A DNA stretch of 30,510 nt from a virus (Duplodnaviria; Caudoviricetes), in the IMG/VR virus record IMGVR_UViG_3300020457_000052, positions 1 to 30,510 of that record. One strand, written 5' to 3'. The position numbers were made by a program, and so were the translations under genes. Under the pieces are notes generated by a model. That model was not told the DNA's origin. It worked only from the letters and a program-made list of their open reading frames with translations, and made no database searches. Below are positions 24,501 through 30,510 of the stretch, one piece after another (position 1 is the first letter of the stretch; every line of letters starts with the position of its first letter).

Positions 24501-27500
24501 GGAACATTGAATGCACCAGTTCTATGATTAGGAGATGCGACTCTAAATTGAATATAGGCAGTAGAACTATTTCTATTTGAACCAGAATTCATTCTTCCAA
24601 TTACAGTTTCTCCAACTTGGAACGCTCCTGATGACATGCTTATTTGCAATAACTTAGGAACACAGAAACGTGATACCTCTCTACCAGCAAAGAATGCATA
24701 TGCTCTAGTTAAAGGTTTAATACCTTGAGAACTAAACTGTATATTACGTGATCTTACAAAGGTAATAAGTTCTCTACTTATTATTCTATCACCTAGAGAA
24801 ACATCACTTCTAGTTTCGGTTACTAAAACTTCTCTACCAGATCTTTCTCTACGTTGTTCTTGTACAGTTGATGTATTAGTCCTTCTGAACTGAACAGTAT
24901 TATCCCCCTGATTTCTAGTCCAAGTACCAGTGGTTTGTACTTGTCTAGTATCTCCAGCCCATGTAGTTCTCCATGAATCCCATGCAGTATTAACAAATCC
25001 AATTTGAGGATCTCTACCTAAAATTTGACGTGCTCTTGCTACTTGTTGTGAGAAGTTACCCTCTACAATTGTTCTTGCTTGTATTCTAACTGTATCTGTC
25101 CAAGTATCTGACTGCGGTGTTAATGTTAAAATACCATTCCAGAATGGAACAATAAATGGAGTTACACTAACTGATCTAGTTGAAAAACTTTGTTTTAACC
25201 ATTCTACCTCTGCATAATCTAAGGTTACAATACCATTTGTTTTCTTGACATTAACTCCTTCAATTTGAGAAGTAGTAGGATCTTGAGTTGCATCAACATT
25301 AACTACAGGACCAAACATTAGATCAACTGAAGTTGTATAATGACCAGGTCTCAACTCTTTAGTATTTGTGTCAATACTATTCTTAATAAAACGTTCATCT
25401 TGAGTTAAGAAGTTCTCGAAATTATCAACAAAGAATCCAGATTTAAATCTATTTAATCCATTTGCATCAGAAATAAAGAAGTTTTGAGTATTTGTTTCTA
25501 ATAAAGATAATGCAGTATAATATTCTAAATTACTAATTCTCTGCTCCAATCTTCTAATATCACCCATTGTATAACGGTTCATATCTTCTGACTTGACAGA
25601 AACTTCACTCTTAACGTCACAAAGATATGGTGCAATGTTAATAGCGGAAAGTTCTATAGAATCATCAACAGGTGATGGTTTTTGAGGATTTTCAGAAGGG
25701 GTTCCTGTTACCAACTGTACTTTTCCATTTTTTGTCAAACATACAACATCAATTCTACCCACATAATGAGAATATGTAGTTAAAACGGTTTCATCTGACG
25801 CTAATATATTTTTTGATGAATTTCCAAAACCATCAAAAGATCTTCCTTTAAATTCTAGTGGAGATCTAGAACCCTCAGTAACAATATAATCATTAACTCT
25901 AGGTCTAATATCAATTAAATCAGTATTTTTAATATCTTGATAGTATGGAACCTCAGTACAATAATCAAATGTTTCATAGGAATCTACGGTTGTTATATCA
26001 CCTGCATCATCTGGATTATAGAATGCACTTAGGAAATAAATTTTTATTTTTTTAGATGGTGCTTTTACGTCACCGTTTTTAATTATAAATCCATAATTAT
26101 ATTGAGTGGTTTTTTGTCCTGTAGAGAATGTATAATTATCAGTTATATCAAAACTGGATTCTGTAACAGTTGTTATAACTGCAGATACAGTTGATTCTGA
26201 AGAAGATATACTTTCACCTTCTATAAATTCCCCATCATTTTTATAAATGAACTCAATTTGATTTGCTGTAATAATACTAGCAACTACTGCAACTGCTCCA
26301 CTTGTTTGTCCTGTAATTTTTTCACCAATAACAAATTCTGCAGTCGTTCCTGAAGGACTAGTAATAGTATTGAGAGTTGCCTTTGGTGCTGATGGAGCAT
26401 CAGTATTTCCAGATTCAAATATACCATGAATACTAATAACATCTGGACAATTAAGAGAAATAATATCATCCTCTACTCTTGTTCCAAAAGGATAGTTTCC
26501 ATTAATCAATCCATTATTTAATGTTGTAGTTCCAATACCAGAACCAACTAAAATAGACTTATCAACGATAACAGAATTTACTCTATTTCTTACTTTTACC
26601 TTTGATGTAGGTTTTCTCTTTGTTAGTGTGGTTATAAGAGTAGCGTTAGTTGTATTACTGCCTAAATTACCAATTTGTAATGTTTTGCCGCCATTAGTAA
26701 AGATAAATTTGTCTGCAGTTAAAACTTCTGTTTCGCCGTCAGTTCTTTGTAAAGAATATCTTTCTTCATCAAATGGTAAATATGACTCATTATTCTCAGC
26801 AAAGACTTCACTAGTTTTGTTGTTTGTGATACTAACATTATATGTTTTTCTAATTGTAATATTTGCATCTGTTAAATCAACCCCAGATATGTAATTCTTG
26901 GGAAGTTCTGTAAATAAACTATTATCAGACGAACTTTGCAATTCAGTAGTTAATACTTTAAAGTCAGTTACTTCTCTAATAGCAGTTGGTAAACTTCCAT
27001 TTGCTATTCCATCAACGTCAGCAACATTTGTAATTGTTATGGTATCTGTGCCAACTGCAGTAACTTTACCAATGGTAGGATCATTCGATTTAGCAGAATT
27101 ACTAAACTGAACTAAATTATTTACTTTTACTAAAGTACCAGGAAATCTTTCATTAGGACTTGTGACTGTACTAAATCCACCAGAAGCAGCACTAATTGTG
27201 GCAATACCAATATTAGATCCAGTTGATTGAATTACATCAGCATTAAATATGGATGACAATCCAACAGTACCTGCATATGGTGTAGCACCAACATCTCTAA
27301 CACTAAATATAGATTTTATATCAGAAATAGAATGTGCAGTAATTGCTGTTGCAATTTTTCCACTTAAAATACCATTAACAATTATTGGTTCATTTTTAAT
27401 AAAATCACCAGAGGTTTCATATAATTCTATCGTAGCGTTATCAGTAACTGGATTAAATAAAAATCCAGTTGCACCACTATTAGCACCTTTTATATAAGTT

Positions 27501-28969
27501 GGTGTAGTAAATGTGCTCTGTTGATTAAGTGTTATTTCAGTGGTTGTTTGTACATCATATAATGAAATATCCCACTCATTCAATACTGAATTATTATTAT
27601 AAGTTCCACCTTCCAATGCAAAATCGTATATTCTTGCAACACCGATTTCATTACCTGCTGCAGCAGTGCTTCCAGCACCAATTCTACTATCTCTTAAACT
27701 GACAATAGTGTTATTTGTTGTACTTATTCCTGGTGATCCAAAAACTCTATTTAATTTTAATGTAGGACCAGTATTATAAATTATAGATTCATCTGCTATA
27801 GTAAAGGAAGTACGTGGTTTAGGTGCATCAACGAGGGTAGGTCTTACTTTTTTAACTTCATACCCTTTTACATATGCTGTACCTTCAGAAACTTTATATA
27901 CTACTGTATCTTCTGCAGGAATATCTCCTTCTGCAGTAAATTCTTCAACGTCATATAATCCATTATTACCTTCATTGTCATTTAACGACTCTTCAACAGT
28001 GACATCAAAAGGTTTAACTGTATAATCTCCTTGTGCAGAGAATGTTCTCTTTGCAATAGAGTTTGTTAATTCTTCTTGGAAAGGACTTCCTGATGTTTTT
28101 CCAGGTATTCTTAATATTCCATTTATAACTGTTGCTAACTCTACGAAATTAGAATCATCAAAATCATCTAAAGATTTCTTGAATAAACTTGCAGTAATTT
28201 TTAATCTATCTGCTCCAGGTGCAGCAAAATTATTATATCCCTGAGAATTATCATTTAATGATTCATCAATATCAGAAGTTATTATTTCTTCGTTTATGTT
28301 TAAACCAATTCTATAATTAGGAGAAGTTGAATATTGATCCAATATTAATGTTTCGTCTTGAACATTAACAAAATTTCCATGAATAAAATATACTCCATTT
28401 GTAATAGAAAATGAAGATCCTGTAACAGCAGATCCCACTTGTATAGTAGTTGCAAAAGGAGTGTTTGCTGGAATAGAACTATTACCAAGTAATCCAGAAC
28501 TAATTAGAGTATTACAAACTAATTCTTCACCATCACTAAAAGTTTCAGTTGAATTATTAATTGTACTAGAACTAAGATAATTAATATAAAGAGTTAAATT
28601 ACCAGTATCAGAATTTGAAGATAATAGAACTTCATTAACATATGCAGTTACCCCAGAAATTTGCCCTGTAATTTTTGTACCAACCAATTGATCTACATAA
28701 GCAGATACAGGAACTCCTTGATAATTATTATTTAATTGTACGCCATAGTATGTTTTTTGAAATGTCGTATTACCAGGAATTATTTTTTGACCTTCCTTAA
28801 AGAAGTGTTGTCCAAACTTCTCAATTTGATTTTGTAGTATGGATTGAAGTCCTGTTAACTCTCTTGCTTGGACTGGGAATCCAGGCTTAAACAACACCTT
28901 ATGAAAATCATCAGAAGGATCAAAGTCGTCGAAATACGGAGCAACGTTTAGATTAGTTTGTTGTGGCAT
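21557..28969 (-). CDS. Very large baseplate-associated structural protein (cyanophage VrlC-like, DUF4815-type)
   Basis: 2470 aa; MPQQTNLNVAPYFDDFD..VLFKPG.PVQARELT.LQSILQNQIE, APGADRLKI, RISNLEYYTALSLLE, RFKSGFFVDNF, DPLAQSF; follows g8. Confidence 0.85.
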   Translation of the reverse strand: MPQQTNLNVAPYFDDFDPSDDFHKVLFKPGFPVQARELTGLQSILQNQIEKFGQHFFKEGQKIIPGNTTFQKTYYGVQLNNNYQGVPVSAYVDQLVGTKITGQISGVTAYVNEVLLSSNSDTGNLTLYINYLSSSTINNSTETFSDGEELVCNTLISSGLLGNSSIPANTPFATTIQVGSAVTGSSFSITNGVYFIHGNFVNVQDETLILDQYSTSPNYRIGLNINEEIITSDIDESLNDNSQGYNNFAAPGADRLKITASLFKKSLDDFDDSNFVELATVINGILRIPGKTSGSPFQEELTNSIAKRTFSAQGDYTVKPFDVTVEESLNDNEGNNGLYDVEEFTAEGDIPAEDTVVYKVSEGTAYVKGYEVKKVRPTLVDAPKPRTSFTIADESIIYNTGPTLKLNRVFGSPGISTTNNTIVSLRDSRIGAGSTAAAGNEIGVARIYDFALEGGTYNNNSVLNEWDISLYDVQTTTEITLNQQSTFTTPTYIKGANSGATGFLFNPVTDNATIELYETSGDFIKNEPIIVNGILSGKIATAITAHSISDIKSIFSVRDVGATPYAGTVGLSSIFNADVIQSTGSNIGIATISAASGGFSTVTSPNERFPGTLVKVNNLVQFSNSAKSNDPTIGKVTAVGTDTITITNVADVDGIANGSLPTAIREVTDFKVLTTELQSSSDNSLFTELPKNYISGVDLTDANITIRKTYNVSITNNKTSEVFAENNESYLPFDEERYSLQRTDGETEVLTADKFIFTNGGKTLQIGNLGSNTTNATLITTLTKRKPTSKVKVRNRVNSVIVDKSILVGSGIGTTTLNNGLINGNYPFGTRVEDDIISLNCPDVISIHGIFESGNTDAPSAPKATLNTITSPSGTTAEFVIGEKITGQTSGAVAVVASIITANQIEFIYKNDGEFIEGESISSSESTVSAVITTVTESSFDITDNYTFSTGQKTTQYNYGFIIKNGDVKAPSKKIKIYFLSAFYNPDDAGDITTVDSYETFDYCTEVPYYQDIKNTDLIDIRPRVNDYIVTEGSRSPLEFKGRSFDGFGNSSKNILASDETVLTTYSHYVGRIDVVCLTKNGKVQLVTGTPSENPQKPSPVDDSIELSAINIAPYLCDVKSEVSVKSEDMNRYTMGDIRRLEQRISNLEYYTALSLLETNTQNFFISDANGLNRFKSGFFVDNFENFLTQDERFIKNSIDTNTKELRPGHYTTSVDLMFGPVVNVDATQDPTTSQIEGVNVKKTNGIVTLDYAEVEWLKQSFSTRSVSVTPFIVPFWNGILTLTPQSDTWTDTVRIQARTIVEGNFSQQVARARQILGRDPQIGFVNTAWDSWRTTWAGDTRQVQTTGTWTRNQGDNTVQFRRTNTSTVQEQRRERSGREVLVTETRSDVSLGDRIISRELITFVRSRNIQFSSQGIKPLTRAYAFFAGREVSRFCVPKLLQISMSSGAFQVGETVIGRMNSGSNRNSSTAYIQFRVASPNHRTGAFNVPVSTYTEDPYTQGSIPATYTSTSTLLNLDIAGLADISQSQFYGWVASGMLLTGQSSGAQASISDLRLISTLNGSLIGSFFIPNPNNTTFPSFETGTSLFRLSGDPSNAKDAITSAEQDYRATGTLETVREDIISTRNATIRINEVTDNDTITAVLNTTQNDVEIARWNNGPDPLAQSFFIDSPDGVFLTRCDVFFRTKDDMGIPVQFSIRTMDNGVPTQNVVPLTEVVLDPEDVVLSSDSTQATSFQFKAPVYLEAGREYAMVMLSQSAKYSVYISRVGENDVTNDTYVSNQPILGSLFKSQNASTWEPSQWEDLKFILYRADFIESGSFDVYNPQLDIGNKQIAELMPDSLELVSKEIRVGLGTTVGDVGLLAGNTIVQGGTQATGDFVGSAGTAGGLNITNTGIGYTPGSGQFTFTGVNLVTLTGNGRNGTADITINGGSIVASGATISNGGSGYQIGDVVGISTIGANSIGRNAKMTITSIGSTSELILNNVEGNFVVGSANTLSFINNAGITTILNNANGGDVQISSVVEVSDGLTIKVNHKNHGMYSTDNKVTLSKVESDLIPTKLATAYPTGSTAAISVENAGIFTNYENVGVGTTNVGLLRIGDEIIEYTNTNGNTIGGEIVRGSNSVDYPVGTPVYKYELDGVGLWRINKTHDVVDEINFDSYNVKLNMSEKYKDTNDDRSNDNGFPQLFINNTKSAGGSKINATQNIPFEIITPLVSNITLPQTSINANVRTVTGTSLGGKEISFLDTGFDTVVPNESNYLNTPRLIASKVNADNKLTTLPGNKSLNMKFTLNTTNSYLSPVIDGERISAILTSNRVDTPVTNYATNALVKTIDNDPNAAQYISKEMELENSASSIKIILDAHINVNTDIRAFYAINTEAGIEPVFVPFPGFANLNSKGEIIDFENSDGSSDSFVTKSNTYGQNAKDLDYVEYNFTADELPSFRYYRIKLIMTSTSQCHVPRIRRLRVMALA

Positions 28970-28985
28970 AATTCCTTATTATTCC

Positions 28986-30510
28986 TTAGAATTGCAAAAT
29001 GACTTTAATGTCTTCTTTTTGGTTAGCAGACCTTGTAATTGAAGGTCTATTATCAACGTATATTATATTTCCTGTGTATTTTTCAACTTCAGGACTGCCA
29101 ATACCATTAGTGAAAGTTTGACCCAAGTAATATGTTTTATTATTTATTACGGTACTGATACCGCTAAATGATGAATCTATACTTAAATTAGATACTGATG
29201 CATGATTAATATTTAAACTTCCAGGTGATGTTGGATTGCTATTGAATTTAATCAATTCATATCCATATTTTGGATCAGTTTGTGCTGTTCCAACTGTATT
29301 AAATCCTGCGACAGTTCTGTCTTGCCAGAATTTTAATACTCCTGTTGTTTGATCGTAACTGACCACTTTACCTACAGCAGTAGTGCCAGCAGCAACAGTT
29401 TGTGTAAACTCTCCATCAACAGTAAATACTGCACTACTATAACCAACACCAGTTATTTTCAAGGCAGATAAAGCACTTGCTTTGTCTGCAATCAATCGTG
29501 ATCCTGATGTTGCTCTAGGATTTTCTACAATTCCAATTCTAGCAAACTCATTACCTGTTACAAAATCAGGATTTTCTGCGTCATTTTCAATTCTAGAATA
29601 TAAAAGAACATTGTATGCACCAAGTTCTCTGTATATATCAGCACCATGACCTCCTTCAGGAGAGATAATAACATCAAAATTTGGTGAGGTTATTCCTGCA
29701 GGAACTCCACCAGCAGCTAAATCAACGTTTGCATAAGTGTATCCCGAACCCTGACTAGAAACAACTACAGAATCGACTGTTTGATCGTTATTGATAACCA
29801 CAGTGCATTCAGCACCAGAACCATTTCCTTTAATAGGAACTCTAGTGTATGTTCTGTTTGCTGTGCCAATACCAACTCCACGATTTGTAATAGTTACTAT
29901 CTTAATAGAACCATCCACTGCATTATTACGAACAGGTGCATTATCAGAAGAAGTATCCCAATCTTGAGGCACGGGTATAAAATTTGTTGCATCAAATTTT
30001 ACAATATCACTTGGTTTAATAGTATACAAATACTTCCAAATATATCCATCACCACTTGTTCCTGCTGCTCTTGGTTCTAGATCTATAAATGTTGGTTCAT
30101 CTAAAGAAGATTTTCCATTTGGAGTTTCAGGTGATGTACCATTTTGTAGACACTCATAAACTCTAAAATCAGAATTAATAACATAGTATGATGCATTATA
30201 TAAATTAGTTGCTCCAGAAACTTTAGCAATATTTGTTCTACTATAGTCTGCACGATACATGTCATAGACTGTACCTGATGTCCATAATCTTTTCGGAACA
30301 ACTTGTCGAGTATCTGCTGCTGAAATCCTTTTCAGAGCAATCATATCATCCCAATATTTATTTTCATCATCAAAACTATCTTTAGGTGCAGGAGGATTTT
30401 TCTCCCAATCAGATTGGAGATCAGTTGGATTTGGCAATCCAATGAATGAATAGTAAGAATTTGAACTTGAAGACACTCCAGTAACGAAGTTCTTTGCGTT
30501 TAATATTCTA
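28986..30510 (-). CDS. g8: Baseplate wedge subunit gp8 (5' end outside the window)
   Basis: WTSGTVYDMYR, YYVINSDFRVYECL, DGYIWKYLYTI, IIYVDNRPSITRSANQKEDIKVILQF; frame stays open upstream of 30476 (RILNAKNFVTGV) to the edge. Confidence 0.92.
   Translation of the reverse strand, partial: RILNAKNFVTGVSSSSNSYYSFIGLPNPTDLQSDWEKNPPAPKDSFDDENKYWDDMIALKRISAADTRQVVPKRLWTSGTVYDMYRADYSRTNIAKVSGATNLYNASYYVINSDFRVYECLQNGTSPETPNGKSSLDEPTFIDLEPRAAGTSGDGYIWKYLYTIKPSDIVKFDATNFIPVPQDWDTSSDNAPVRNNAVDGSIKIVTITNRGVGIGTANRTYTRVPIKGNGSGAECTVVINNDQTVDSVVVSSQGSGYTYANVDLAAGGVPAGITSPNFDVIISPEGGHGADIYRELGAYNVLLYSRIENDAENPDFVTGNEFARIGIVENPRATSGSRLIADKASALSALKITGVGYSSAVFTVDGEFTQTVAAGTTAVGKVVSYDQTTGVLKFWQDRTVAGFNTVGTAQTDPKYGYELIKFNSNPTSPGSLNINHASVSNLSIDSSFSGISTVINNKTYYLGQTFTNGIGSPEVEKYTGNIIYVDNRPSITRSANQKEDIKVILQF

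Noticed and set aside
22950-30301. Numerous 60-120 aa ORFs inside the VrlC-like gene and g8
   Set aside because: Antisense or alternate-frame shadows expected from the codon bias of long Gly/Thr/Ser-rich genes.

Overview
AT-rich window from a T4-like myovirus genome, most consistent with a marine cyanophage (Kyanoviridae-like; the host is inferred, not shown). All credible genes lie on the minus strand and form the late virion morphogenesis module. In transcription order: g8 (partial), a 2470-aa VrlC/DUF4815-type structural protein, two small ORFs, g13, g14, g15, g16, a ~5.3-kb accessory insert, g17, g18, g19, g20, two small ORFs, g21, g22, g23, g3, uvsY, and a window-truncated zinc-ribbon ORF missed by the ORF track. 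Eleven T4-type late promoters (TAAATA core) and one cUUCGg terminator are visible. Three observations stand out. (1) The g16-g17 insert encodes a 1158-aa fibre with a segmented coiled coil, an internal T4-fibritin foldon-like motif and a beta-helix-like spike region. (2) Two ORFs in the same insert carry motifs resembling the T4 internal-protein capsid-targeting sequence. (3) A probable free-standing homing endonuclease is coupled to uvsY where uvsW normally follows. I saw no tRNA, CRISPR array, intron, intein or reverse transcriptase. Family assignments come from recalled motifs and synteny; no database search was run.
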